From NCBI GenBank assembly GCA_040218645.1, contig JAVJQZ010000005.1, positions 9,988 to 73,987 of the forward strand: a stretch of 64,000 nucleotides of DNA, in the 5' to 3' direction. The stretch's first letter is position 1; every line of letters begins with the position of its first letter. Shown in pieces: positions 50,682-60,395 of the stretch. Below the pieces are notes generated by a model. It saw only the letters and a program-made list of their open reading frames with translations. It searched no databases and was not told where the DNA came from. The translations under genes were made by a program, and so were the position numbers. This DNA comes from Rhodospirillales bacterium. GTDB lineage: Bacteria; Pseudomonadota; Alphaproteobacteria; Rhodospirillales; Casp-alpha2.

Positions 50682-51599
50682 TTACATCTGTTCGCACTTT
50701 GATTTGATCATGCGCCGCAGCCATTGGTGCGCCGGGTCAGCTGTGAACCGCTCGTGCCAGATTTGTGAAATGGTGAACGGCGGTGTCTGAAGCGGCTTTG
50801 GTAACGGCACAACGGCAAGCTCATCGGTCATCACCTGTCTGGCGAGGTGCTCTGGGACCGTGATGATCAGATCCGTTGGCGCGATGACGGCGCTGATGGT
50901 CAGAAAATGCGTCACCCTGAGTGCAATCGTTCTTTTAAGATCATGTTCTTTCAAAATGTCGTCGATCCGGCCGCCGCCCTTGCCGGTAATGCTTAACAGG
51001 GCATGGGATGCAGCGGCATAATTCTTCAGGCTCATTTTCTTTTTTGCGAGAGGATGGTTTTTGCGCATCAGGCAAATCTGGCGGTCCTTAAACAACGCCT
51101 GGGCGGCAACATTCACCAGTTCCGGCCCATCGTTCACGACACCAAAACCAAGCGAGATTTTGCCCTCGCACATTTCCGTTATGCCCGTGGCGGAGAGGTT
51201 CTCTATTTCGATCCGGACTTTGGGGGCAATGTTGAAAACCTGCGCGATCACGGGTGGCATGATCGTTTGCGCCAGGTAGTCAGGGGCCATGATCCGGAAA
51301 CGGTTATCTGCTTTAGAGGGATCGAACACCTGCGGCTTGAATACCCTCGACAGCTGAGAGAGCGCATCCCGTACAGGGTCACGAAGGGCCTCGCCTCTGG
51401 GTGTTAAGACCATGCCGCGCCCGGAACGGATCAACAGGGGATCTTTCATGGTTTGCTGAAGGCGGCTGAGGGCGCGGCTCATGGCGGGCTGAGAGAGATT
51501 AGCCAGGTTCGCCGCCTTGCTCACGCTTTCGGTTTCAAGCAGGGCGGAAAGCGCTTTCAGCAAATTCAGATCGATACCTGATACATTCGTTTTATGCAT
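50682..51599 (-). CDS. LysR-family transcriptional regulator
   Basis: IDLNLLKALSALLETESVSKAANLANLSQPAMSRALSRLQ. The ATG at 51599 is preferred. Divergent from the NmrA-like gene. Visibly AT-richer than the flanks. Confidence 0.88.
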   Translation of the reverse strand: MHKTNVSGIDLNLLKALSALLETESVSKAANLANLSQPAMSRALSRLQQTMKDPLLIRSGRGMVLTPRGEALRDPVRDALSQLSRVFKPQVFDPSKADNRFRIMAPDYLAQTIMPPVIAQVFNIAPKVRIEIENLSATGITEMCEGKISLGFGVVNDGPELVNVAAQALFKDRQICLMRKNHPLAKKKMSLKNYAAASHALLSITGKGGGRIDDILKEHDLKRTIALRVTHFLTISAVIAPTDLIITVPEHLARQVMTDELAVVPLPKPLQTPPFTISQIWHERFTADPAHQWLRRMIKSKCEQM

Positions 51600-51686
51600 A
51601 TATAAAATATAAAGCATGCATTATAATTATTCAAATATCTCCCATACATTCGCGCCATCACACTCAAACACCAAGGAGATATCATC

Positions 51687-52550
51687 ATGTTTGTCATTTC
51701 AGGCGTTACCGGAAACACGGGATCCGTCGTTGCTCAATCGCTGCTCGACCAAGGGCAGGCCGTCCGTGTCATTGTCCGCTCTGAAGAAAAAGGCGCATCC
51801 TGGAAGGCCAAGGGCGCAGAGATTGCCGTGGCCGATCTTATGGATACGGCCGCGATCTCAGATGCATTAAAGGGCGCAACGGGTGCTTACTTTCTCTTGC
51901 CCCCGGACCTCACGCATGAGGACTTCATCGGCGAAAGCCTGAAGCGTGCCGAAGCCATCGTCGCGGCGGCCAAATCGGCACGTTTGCCGCACGCCGTCAT
52001 TCTCTCGTCGGTTGGCGCCCAGCACGCTGACAATGTCGGACCGATTTCCACAATCGCGCAGCTCGAGAAGCTTTTCATCGCGGCCTCGATCCCGCTCACC
52101 GCGGTTCGGCCCGGCTATTTTCTGGAAAATATCAAGGATATGATGCCCGCGGTCGTTCACGAAGGCGTCTATCCCAGCATGATCCTGCCGCTGGATTTCA
52201 AGATTGATATGGTCGCGACGAGAGATATCGGCCTTACGGTTGCGGACGCGCTGATCAACCCGCCGGCTGTCCCGCACCGGGTGATCGAACTCAGGGGAAC
52301 GGATCAGTATTCAGCCAAGGACATTGCCGCGGCACTCACGAAATCGCTCGGCCGTATAATCACCGCCGTTCCGGTGCCGCAGGAAGGCTGGGTTGATGTG
52401 CTCAAACAGAACGGGCTCTCCCAGCAATCCGCCGAGAGCATCTCGGAAATGCACGAAAACATAAATAACGGTCGCATCGACTTTTTTGATCCCAATGCCA
52501 AAAAGGGCGAGATTGATCTCACGCGCTTCATTCAGGAAATGGCGGCTTGA
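51687..52550 (+). CDS. NmrA-family NAD(P)-binding protein
   Basis: MFVISGVTGNTGSVVAQSLL..G..VRVIVRS. SD aaggaga upstream. Confidence 0.85.
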   Translation: MFVISGVTGNTGSVVAQSLLDQGQAVRVIVRSEEKGASWKAKGAEIAVADLMDTAAISDALKGATGAYFLLPPDLTHEDFIGESLKRAEAIVAAAKSARLPHAVILSSVGAQHADNVGPISTIAQLEKLFIAASIPLTAVRPGYFLENIKDMMPAVVHEGVYPSMILPLDFKIDMVATRDIGLTVADALINPPAVPHRVIELRGTDQYSAKDIAAALTKSLGRIITAVPVPQEGWVDVLKQNGLSQQSAESISEMHENINNGRIDFFDPNAKKGEIDLTRFIQEMAA

Positions 52551-52767
52551 CGCCTGAACGGGAAGCCCCGTCCGGACTGTCGGATGGGGCTTCTTTTCAT
52601 TCAACGCCCGAATGGCCGAAATACGATAAGAATAACGCACCCTGTAAGATGCGTCGCTGAAATAAAACTCCCGAAATGCCGCTAATATTATTATCTTGAA
52701 GGCGACGAGGACTTCGCTTGGGACGTGAGATAGCGCAGATGATGATCAATCATTGGGAGTTGTTGAT

Positions 52768-53214
52768 ATGGGGAACGAGGAGGGTCACGCCGGCGCGCAC
52801 TTTAAATTTGAGATGCGCCTGGATGAGAACGGTCTGGTGATTGTTAAATCGGAGGGCATTCTCGACGTTGATGCATCCATCCGTCGCCGTCGGCAATACA
52901 TCGAAGAGGGTATGACTGTTGAGATCGTAAATAGCCGTCCTATGATCATTGACATTCGAAATTCTGAACCTCCCCAGGAAGGCTGGCAGCCGTGTTTCCA
53001 GAAGCTTTTGGCGTTTTTCACACAGATCGGCGAAGAACCTTTATGCCGGGCATATGTTGTTAGCGCGTATCAGATGCAGGGAATATCCGTACTGTTTTTG
53101 CAGGCTGTTTCAGAAGCGGCAGACATGAACCTCGGAATGCGTTCATTCGAAGACTATGACGAAGCGTATGCCTGGGCGTCTGAATTTATGGCTGAAAGAC
53201 CTTCACCGAGCTGA
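52768..53214 (+). CDS. hypothetical protein (possibly STAS-like)
   Basis: ATG at 52768 with GGGAG 8 nt upstream. 148 aa, ending SFEDYDEAYAWASEF. No firm motif. Confidence 0.5.
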   Translation: MGNEEGHAGAHFKFEMRLDENGLVIVKSEGILDVDASIRRRRQYIEEGMTVEIVNSRPMIIDIRNSEPPQEGWQPCFQKLLAFFTQIGEEPLCRAYVVSAYQMQGISVLFLQAVSEAADMNLGMRSFEDYDEAYAWASEFMAERPSPS

Positions 53215-53281
53215 CACGCCCCGATGAATAACCCGATCTGACGCGTCGGCGAGTTGTATCTTATACCGCAAAACGACAATC

Positions 53282-53404
53282 GCCATTCCGGCGAAGGCGG
53301 GAATCCAGAGCGATGGATTGTATGGACCCCGGCTTTCGCCGGGGTGACGGTGTGTAGAAACAGGCGTTGTAGGACTACCGCGTCAGGGGTTTGTACTTGA
53401 TGCG
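53282..53404. repeat. full REP-like palindrome (53282-53348) overlapping copy B of the ~82-nt direct repeat (53323-53404), which runs into the ettA 3' end
   Basis: gccattccggcgaaggcgggaatcca ... tggaccccggctttcgccggggtgac. Same family as 3054..3124. See 50544..50624 for the repeat partner. Confidence 0.75.
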
Positions 53405-55054
53405 GTGCGGTTCCAGCGCGTCGTCGCCGAGGCGGCGTTTCTTGTCGGCCTCGTAATCCTCGTAGTTGCCTTCAAACCATTCGACGTGGCTGTCGCCTTC
53501 GAAGGCGAGGATGTGTGTGGCCAATCTGTCGAGGAACCAGCGGTCGTGCGACGTGATCAGCACGCAGCCGGCGAAATCGGCAATGGCCTCTTCGAGGGCG
53601 CGCAGCGTGTCGACGTCGAGATCGTTGGTCGGCTCATCGAGCATGAGCACGTTGGCACCGGACTTCAGCATGTTGGCGAGATGTACGCGGTTACGTTCAC
53701 CGCCCGACAGCTGCCCGACTTTCTTCTGCTGGTCGCCGCCCTTGAAGTTGAACTGCGCAACATAGGCGCGGGACTGCATCTTGCGCTTGCCGAGGTCGAT
53801 CTCGTCGAGACCGCCGGAGATTTCCTCCCACACGGTCTTGTTGTCGTTGAGCGCATCGCGTGACTGATCGACGTAACCGAGCTTGACCGTATCGCCTATC
53901 CGAATGTCGCCGCCGTCGGGTTTCTCCTGTTCGGTGATCAGCTTGAACAGGGTCGTCTTGCCGGCGCCGTTCGGCCCGATGATGCCGACGATGGCGCCCG
54001 GCGGAATCTTGAACGAAAGGGCATCGATCAGGAGATGGTTGCCGAAGCCCTTGCGAATGTCGCTGGCTTCGATCACGAGACCGCCCAGGCGCGGCGCTGC
54101 GGGAATGACGATCTGCGCCGAACCCGGGGCGATATCCTGCGACTTGGCCAGCAGATCCTCATACGCCGTGATACGCGCCTTGGATTTTGCCTGACGGGCG
54201 CGGGGGCTCTGGCGGATCCATTCGAGTTCTTCCGACAGGGTGCGCTGGCGGGCCGACTCTTCGCGTTCTTCCTGGGCCAGGCGTTTCTGTTTCTGTTCCA
54301 GCCAGGACGAGTAATTGCCTTCATACGGAATGCCGCGGCCGCGGTCGATTTCGAGAATCCAGCCCGTCACGTTGTCGAGGAAGTAACGGTCGTGGGTGAC
54401 CATGACCACGGTCCCGGCATAGGCCGAAAGGTGGTGCTGCAGCCACGCCACCGATTCCGCATCCAGGTGGTTGGTCGGCTCATCGAGCAACAGCATTTCG
54501 GGCTTCTGCAGCAGAAGACGGCACAATGCGACGCGGCGGCGTTCACCCCCGGAGAGCTTTTCGACACTGCTGTCGGCGGGCGGACAGCGCAGCGCATCCA
54601 TGGCGATCTCGACCGTGCGGTCCAGGTCCCAGCCGTCGACGGCGTCGATCTGTTCCTGCAGCTCGGCCTGTTCGGCGATGACGGCGTTCATTTCATCGTC
54701 GTCCATCGGTTCGGCGAACTTGGCGGAGATTTCATTGAAGCGGTCGAGCAGGTCCTTCACCCCGCCGAGGCCGTCGGTCACGTTCTCGCCGACGGTCTTG
54801 TTGGGATCGAGATGCGGTTCCTGTTCCAGATAGCCGACGCGCACGCCCTTTGCCGCCCAGGCTTCGCCGGTGAATTCGGTGTCGATCCCGGCCATGATCT
54901 TCATCAGTGTCGATTTCCCGGCGCCGTTGGGGCCGAGGACGCCGATCTTGGCGTCCGGGAGAAACGAAAGGGTGATGTTCTTGAGGATTTCCTTGCCGCC
55001 CGGAAACGTCTTTGAGACGCCCTGCATGACATAGGAATACTGGTAACTGGCCAT
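53375..55054 (-). CDS. ettA: energy-dependent translational throttle ABC-F protein
   Basis: Collinear with E. coli EttA as remembered. Two ABC cassettes (GPNGAGKST twice, LSGGERRRVAL, LSGGERNRVHL) and ITHDRYFLDNV.GWILE.DRG.GIP.EGNYSSWLEQK. Confidence 0.96.
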   Translation of the reverse strand: MASYQYSYVMQGVSKTFPGGKEILKNITLSFLPDAKIGVLGPNGAGKSTLMKIMAGIDTEFTGEAWAAKGVRVGYLEQEPHLDPNKTVGENVTDGLGGVKDLLDRFNEISAKFAEPMDDDEMNAVIAEQAELQEQIDAVDGWDLDRTVEIAMDALRCPPADSSVEKLSGGERRRVALCRLLLQKPEMLLLDEPTNHLDAESVAWLQHHLSAYAGTVVMVTHDRYFLDNVTGWILEIDRGRGIPYEGNYSSWLEQKQKRLAQEEREESARQRTLSEELEWIRQSPRARQAKSKARITAYEDLLAKSQDIAPGSAQIVIPAAPRLGGLVIEASDIRKGFGNHLLIDALSFKIPPGAIVGIIGPNGAGKTTLFKLITEQEKPDGGDIRIGDTVKLGYVDQSRDALNDNKTVWEEISGGLDEIDLGKRKMQSRAYVAQFNFKGGDQQKKVGQLSGGERNRVHLANMLKSGANVLMLDEPTNDLDVDTLRALEEAIADFAGCVLITSHDRWFLDRLATHILAFEGDSHVEWFEGNYEDYEADKKRRLGDDALEPHRIKYKPLTR

Positions 55055-55140
55055 CTTCGATCTGCTCCCGGATCAGGTGTCTGGATTTGGCCGTTGTGAT
55101 ATCGCTTTAGGCCGCGTCTGGCAATGGTTGTGCGCGAACC

Positions 55141-55782
55141 TCAGCGCCGCATGCGCACGATCAGATAGGCCGCAGCCGCCAGCGTCAGTGCGGGCAACGC
55201 CGCATCGCGGTACAGCATCATCGTCCAGGCGGACGCCAGATCCCAGGCACTCCATAGAAGAGGCCAGATCAGAAGCCAGAACGACGCCCGTCCATAAACC
55301 GTGAACAGGACGGCAACGCTGATCAGCGCGGTGGTCGCCGGCGTGATGGCGAAGCCGTGCGTGGTTTCGATCGGCATCTGCATGAAAAACGTCAACAGGG
55401 GGTGCAGGGCAAGCGCGGCGAACAGGAGCACGACGCCGATCTCGACCGAACGGGTGCGCCCGGCGATGATCTCGAAACGTCCGAGCAGTCCGCCCCAAAG
55501 TACGCTCAGCACCCCCTGCACGATGAACAGGATGCCGAACGGGACGGCGGCCCAGTTCAGATCGGCGTAGGTCTCGATGTGAAATGCCCAGCCGGTCCAT
55601 ATCCAGGACGCGCCGACGATCAAGGCCAACACCCGCCCGGCGGTGCGGTCGGCGCGCTTCAGGCAATACAGCATGACACCGCCAAGGACGACGGCGGCGA
55701 GCAATGCCGGCCAGTACGTCTCGTTATAGCCGCCGAACATGCTCACATAGACGTCGGGCGAAAAGGGGATCAGGCGGTCCAT
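55141..55782 (-). CDS. integral membrane protein (possibly DUF6064 family)
   Basis: 213 aa, 6 TM. The N-terminal FGGYNETYWPA motif recalls DUF6064, but the family name is from memory only. Confidence 0.6.
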   Translation of the reverse strand: MDRLIPFSPDVYVSMFGGYNETYWPALLAAVVLGGVMLYCLKRADRTAGRVLALIVGASWIWTGWAFHIETYADLNWAAVPFGILFIVQGVLSVLWGGLLGRFEIIAGRTRSVEIGVVLLFAALALHPLLTFFMQMPIETTHGFAITPATTALISVAVLFTVYGRASFWLLIWPLLWSAWDLASAWTMMLYRDAALPALTLAAAAYLIVRMRR

Positions 55783-55801
55783 GGATCGTCACCTGTCAGG
55801 C

Positions 55802-55893
55802 CATGCTTCGAGATGCTTCGCTCCTCGCCATGAAGCCGGTGTGGCAGTTCCAGCCTCATCCTGAGGAGGTGCGCAGCGTCGTCTCGAAGGATG
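55802..55893. repeat. long imperfect palindromic REP-like element between two same-strand genes
   Basis: catgcttcgagatgc (55802-16) pairs with the complement of gtcgtctcgaaggatg (55878-93). The inner pair is gctcctc / gaggagg. The central ccatcctgaggaggtgcgcag type sequence is common in alphaproteobacterial intergenic repeats. Confidence 0.5.
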
Positions 55894-55899
55894 CGGGGA

Positions 55900-56826
55900 T
55901 CAGAGACTGCGGACATGATCCGCCATGCGGGTGCGCATTCTCGCGTCCGGCAGGGGCCCTTTGAGGGCGCCCATGTTCTCCGTCATGTGTACGACCTGCG
56001 ACGTTGCGGGAATGGCGCAGGTGACGGCGGGATGCGAGACGATGAACTTCAACAGGAATTCCGGCCAGTTGGCGGCACCGGCGTCCGCCGCCCAGGCCGG
56101 GAGCGGGTGGTTCTGCACGGCATCGATAAGCTGGCCGCGCCGGTACGGCCGGTTGCAGATGACGGCGATGTTGCGTTCGGCAGCCAGCGGCAGCAGCCGG
56201 TCTTCCGCGTCCCGGTCAACGGCGTTGTAGGTGAGCTGCACGAAATCGATGTCTTCCGACGCCATGATCCTTGCCATGTCGGCGTGGCGCATCCCGTGCG
56301 AGGTGGTGATGCCGATGTATCGAATGCGCCCGGCGGCTTTTTCGGCGCGCAGCGTTTCGAGATGGTCTTCCCAGTTGAGAAGGTTGTGTATCTGAAACAG
56401 ATCGAAAGTGCCGAGACCCCAGAGATTGCGCGAGTCCTCGATCTGAGAGCGACCGCCTGCTTCCAGAGGCGTCCAGACCTTGGTCGCCGAAAACAGACTG
56501 TCGAGGGTGCCCAGCTTGTTCAGTCCGTAGCCGATGACCGCTTCCGCCGAGCCGTACATCGGCGATGAATCGATCATGCCGCCGCCCAGTTCGAAGAATT
56601 TGGCGAGTACGTCGGTGCGGGCGTCGCGGAGTTTTTCGTTTTCACCGACATTGAAGGTGATCCACGTGCCCATGCCGATGACCGGGATGCGCTCGCCGTT
56701 TCCGGGGATCGGGCGGGTGCGGATTTCAGGGACCGCCGCGCCCGCCGGAAGCCCGGCAAGACCAAGCACCGCACCGGCGGCACACGTCCCCAGGAAGCTT
56801 CGGCGATTTAACGGGATGCGTGACAT
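55900..56826 (-). CDS. aldo/keto reductase with twin-arginine (Tat) signal peptide
   Basis: MSRIPLNRRSFLGTCAAGAVLGLAGLPAGAA, then an AKR body (GMGTW, IDSSPMYG, HN, GITTSH). Confidence 0.85.
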   Translation of the reverse strand: MSRIPLNRRSFLGTCAAGAVLGLAGLPAGAAVPEIRTRPIPGNGERIPVIGMGTWITFNVGENEKLRDARTDVLAKFFELGGGMIDSSPMYGSAEAVIGYGLNKLGTLDSLFSATKVWTPLEAGGRSQIEDSRNLWGLGTFDLFQIHNLLNWEDHLETLRAEKAAGRIRYIGITTSHGMRHADMARIMASEDIDFVQLTYNAVDRDAEDRLLPLAAERNIAVICNRPYRRGQLIDAVQNHPLPAWAADAGAANWPEFLLKFIVSHPAVTCAIPATSQVVHMTENMGALKGPLPDARMRTRMADHVRSL

Positions 56827-56948
56827 CGGCCACCTGCTTCTTCACAAATAGGTTCTGACCCTGTTTATATAGTAAACCCGTGCCCGCATTTCGAGGCGGT
56901 GCCGTAGGTCGCGGCACCGGGCCGGAAATTCCGACGGAAAAGCCGAAC

Positions 56949-58205
56949 ATGAACCTGAGCGCCAGACTGATCCAGTTATACCGCCACTTGTGGACCAGCT
57001 ACTGGTGCATCCCTGTGGCCATCATGCTGGCGGCGATCGCCCTGGCCGCGCTGACGACGGGGCTCGATCATGTTTATGGGGATGTGTTCGAGACGGAAAT
57101 TTTCTATCTGCGCCCGCTTCAGCCGGAAACGGCGCGTGTCGTGCTGTCGATGATTGCCGGTTCGATCATCGGGGTCGCGGGGGTCGTCTTTTCCATCACC
57201 ATGGTCGCCGTCTCGTTTGCCAGCGGTACGTTCGGCCCGCGCCTGATCGGCAATATGATGCGCGACCGCGGCAGCCAGGTCAGCCTCGGCTGTTTCATCG
57301 GGACGTTCGTCTATTCGCTTATCGTGCTGCGTTTCGTGCGGGTGGACAGCGGCATCGGCGATGCTTTCACGCCGTATATGTCGATCGGCACGTCGATGGC
57401 GCTGGCGATCTTCTGCATGGGGGTGCTGATCTATTTCATCCATCACGTGCCGGAAACCATCAATATCGAACTGATCATCGCAAGGCTCGGCCGGGATCTG
57501 AAATCGGGCATCAAAACCCGGTTTCCCAGAAAGGACGACGGCCCAACACCGTTGCGGAGCGAGAACACCCCCTGGATCGACAGTGCCGATATCGATGATG
57601 CGGAAATGATCTCGCCGATGGATGAAGGCTATATTCAGGCTCTGGATGTCAATCAACTCGGCGAGCTGGCGGAGAAACATGACCTCAGGGTCAAGATACT
57701 GCACCGGCCGGGGGCTTTCGTGACACTCTGTGATCCGGTATGCGCGGTCTGGTCTGAAAAAGCCCTGTCCGATGAAGCGCGCCGGAAGCTGCAGGGCTGT
57801 TTCGCGCTGGGGTCGTCGCCGACGGTCAACCAGAACATCGAGTTCGTTGCCGATCAATTGGTCGAGATCATCGCCAGAGCGCTGTCGCCCGGCGTCAATG
57901 ACCCCTACACGGCGGTCGCGGCGATCAACTGGTTGCAGGTCGGGATTCTGGAATTCGCCGCATCGGAAAACATGGCGGATTCATTCAATCAGACAGACAG
58001 GGTCTGTGCCGACACTTACCTGTTCAACGATTTCGTTTCGGCGATTTTTATCAAGTCGTCGCCGTATATCATGTCCAACGCCCATGTCACGCGGCACACC
58101 ATCGCCGCACTGCTGTCCATTGCCGCGCACCTGCCGCCGGGCAACAACAGGGACGTGATCGAAGCCCGGGTCCAGACCTTCAGCGATCAGAAGGACAGCG
58201 GCTGA
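56949..58205 (+). CDS. DUF2254 family membrane protein
   Basis: The Met at 56949 (MNLSARLIQLY) precedes 4 N-terminal TM helices and a soluble C-terminal domain. Layout is typical of DUF2254. Confidence 0.72.
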   Translation: MNLSARLIQLYRHLWTSYWCIPVAIMLAAIALAALTTGLDHVYGDVFETEIFYLRPLQPETARVVLSMIAGSIIGVAGVVFSITMVAVSFASGTFGPRLIGNMMRDRGSQVSLGCFIGTFVYSLIVLRFVRVDSGIGDAFTPYMSIGTSMALAIFCMGVLIYFIHHVPETINIELIIARLGRDLKSGIKTRFPRKDDGPTPLRSENTPWIDSADIDDAEMISPMDEGYIQALDVNQLGELAEKHDLRVKILHRPGAFVTLCDPVCAVWSEKALSDEARRKLQGCFALGSSPTVNQNIEFVADQLVEIIARALSPGVNDPYTAVAAINWLQVGILEFAASENMADSFNQTDRVCADTYLFNDFVSAIFIKSSPYIMSNAHVTRHTIAALLSIAAHLPPGNNRDVIEARVQTFSDQKDSG

Positions 58206-58235
58206 GGGCCCGCAGCAACGCGGCCGCGCCGGCAC

Positions 58236-58280
58236 AGAAAAACCGCGGCCCCTTTCGGGAACCGCGGCCTTTCATCTTTC
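58236..58280. terminator. bidirectional hairpin terminator between convergent genes
   Basis: agaaaaa-ccgcggcccc-tttc-gggaaccgcgg-cctttcatcttt: a GC stem flanked by an A-run and a T-rich run. A second hairpin, cttccgg...ccggaag, follows. Confidence 0.45.
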
Positions 58281-58321
58281 ACTTCCGGGGGAGGAGAGCC
58301 GGAAGCTGACAGGCATGTGCA

Positions 58322-58738
58322 TTACTTGGCTGTGATGACGTCCATCACCAGTTTACCGTCGACTTTGACGGGGCCGTCTTCCTTGGCGCCAAGCGTGTAT
58401 TCAAACATGCCGGTGCCGTTGCCACCTTTTTCACCGTGCAGCATCAGCATCAGTTTTTCGCCCGGCTTGACCGGCTCGGTCAGGATCGCCGCGATGTCGA
58501 CGTTCTTGCCTTTCTTCAGCGGGGCATAGCCGACCACGGGGCCAGGCTTACCGGCGTCGTCGGTGCGATGCACGACCATCCAGCCGTTATCGGCAGCCAT
58601 GATTTCGCTGGCGGTTACGGTGCCGTGCGAGACATTCTGATCGTCGGCCTTGACCGACAGTTGACCGTAATCAGCCTGTGCGGCGGTCGCAAAAAGGGCG
58701 AGGGCAAAGGCACTTGAGGCAATAATTCCGGTTCTCAT
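58322..58738 (-). CDS. secreted protein of unknown function
   Basis: Signal peptide MRTGIIASSAFALALFATAAQA. GGAG 8 nt before the ATG at 58738. Beta-rich mature part containing NGWMVVH. Confidence 0.6.
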   Translation of the reverse strand: MRTGIIASSAFALALFATAAQADYGQLSVKADDQNVSHGTVTASEIMAADNGWMVVHRTDDAGKPGPVVGYAPLKKGKNVDIAAILTEPVKPGEKLMLMLHGEKGGNGTGMFEYTLGAKEDGPVKVDGKLVMDVITAK

Positions 58739-59076
58739 GTTGTACACTCCAATTGTTTATGGTGTCCGCCCGGCTTCATTGCCGGTGCGTTGGCCATCGT
58801 GCGCTTCGCGGGGGCTGCACGTTGCAGATACCCCGGAGGCGCTGCGGCCTCTTTCCACCCGCCAGCTGGCGGGAGTATAAGTGTTACGGTTTCGAAACGA
58901 ATTTGGATTGGAAAAAAGCACATTTTTTCTGAACAAATCACACCCGGCCCTTGGTGGATGACTGAACATGGCCGCTACAAACGGTTTGCCGGGATGGTGC
59001 CGGATCAATAAAAACAGACATCCGGTTGCGATCATGCGGCGTGTGTGAACCAATCCGGCAATCAGGGGGGTAAAAT

Positions 59077-59994
59077 ATGAGTATCACGGAAATCCGCGCC
59101 GAGGTTTTCTCCGAAATGCCGGAATCCTTTCGCGTCAGCGGGCAGCCGTCGGACTGGGTCGATGCCAACAAGCCCGGCGCCGATGTGCCGTCGTTCCTCG
59201 AAGGGCCGTCGTTTGACCGGGACGGCAACCTGTGGTGCGTGGATATTCCGTGGGGGCGCATATTCCGGATCACGCCGGCGGGTGAATGGTCAATCGGTGC
59301 CGATTATGACGGCTGGCCGAACGGATTGCGGGTGCTGCCCGACGGCACCCTGCAGATCGCCGACTATAAACGCGGCATCGTCATTCTTGATCCGAAAACC
59401 GGCGAGACCCGGGACCGTTTCGCGACCAACCGTTCCGAAGGCTTCAAGGGCTGTAACGATCTGTTCTTCGGTGCCGACGGGACTCTGTATTTCACCGATC
59501 AGGGAACGACCGGTCTGCATGATCCGAGCGGGCGGGTGTACCGGGTCCGGTCCGGGACGGAAACACTGGAACGGCTGATTTCAAACGGCCCGAGCCCGAA
59601 CGGGCTGGTCACGGGTCTGGGCGATCAGGTGTTGTATGTGGCCATGACCCGCGCCGCCGCGGTGTGGCGGGTGCCGCTGTTTGCGGAAGGACCGAGCAAG
59701 GTCGGTCTGTTCGCCAGACTGCCCGCGGGCGTCATCGGCCCGGACGGCATGGCGCTCGATGAACAGGGGACGCTCTATGTCTGCCATGCCAGCCGGGGGC
59801 GTATCTTTGCCTTCGATGAACATGGTGAAGAGGTGCTTGTCGTCGACTGCCGCCATATCGGACGGACCACCACGAACCTCGCGTTCGGGGGCGAGAACAA
59901 TTCGGAACTGTTCATTACGGTGTCGGATGCCGGTGTGATCGCGCGCGCCAGAATGCCGGTGCCGGGGCGGCTGATGTACAGCCACACCGGTTAA
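59077..59994 (+). CDS. SMP-30/gluconolactonase/LRE family protein
   Basis: EGP.FDRDGNLW..D, PNGL, NDL.F...G.LYFTD, PNGL, PDGMA.D..G.L and NLAFGG propeller repeats. Confidence 0.87.
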   Translation: MSITEIRAEVFSEMPESFRVSGQPSDWVDANKPGADVPSFLEGPSFDRDGNLWCVDIPWGRIFRITPAGEWSIGADYDGWPNGLRVLPDGTLQIADYKRGIVILDPKTGETRDRFATNRSEGFKGCNDLFFGADGTLYFTDQGTTGLHDPSGRVYRVRSGTETLERLISNGPSPNGLVTGLGDQVLYVAMTRAAAVWRVPLFAEGPSKVGLFARLPAGVIGPDGMALDEQGTLYVCHASRGRIFAFDEHGEEVLVVDCRHIGRTTTNLAFGGENNSELFITVSDAGVIARARMPVPGRLMYSHTG

Positions 59995-60137
59995 TACAGT
60001 TCCGTTTTTGATTTCAAGTGTTGGGGGACGGTTGTACCGGTGCCGGGGCGTGGCCGGATTTTATAGGGGCCTGTTTTTGGGATTTGCGTAAAGCGGCGAG
60101 GATTGCGCCCGCTTTCAGGGACCGCCAGATCATCATG

Positions 60138-60356
60138 TCAGCCGGCCAGTCCCATTGCCGGAACACCGAGACCGGACTTTGACGACTTCGGCTTACTGTC
60201 ACGTTCGACAATGGCTTCGACGATTTCGCACTGACACTGTCCGCAGCAGGGCTCACAGCCATAAAAGGCGTGAACGTCATCCCAGCGTTCAACGCCGGAC
60301 TTGAGTGCGGTTTCGACTTCCTTGTCGGTGATGCCGTTGCAGTTACAGATGTACAT
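60138..60356 (-). CDS. bfd: bacterioferritin-associated ferredoxin
   Basis: MYICNCNGITDKEV...CCGQC, a four-Cys [2Fe-2S] BFD motif. Divergent from bfr. Confidence 0.88.
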   Translation of the reverse strand: MYICNCNGITDKEVETALKSGVERWDDVHAFYGCEPCCGQCQCEIVEAIVERDSKPKSSKSGLGVPAMGLAG

Positions 60357-60395
60357 GTTATCTCGCAAACTTGGATTTTTCTGCGTTTCCCTTAT

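Noticed and set aside
58739-58905. GC-rich, hairpin-containing ~160-nt leader of the secreted-protein gene (cccgccagctggcggg, gccgggcggacacc), considered as a possible riboswitch (cobalamin, ZTP, Moco).
   Set aside because: It has no B12 box, no ZTP pseudoknot consensus, and no other class signature that I can recognise by eye. A covariance-model search (Rfam/Infernal) is needed.
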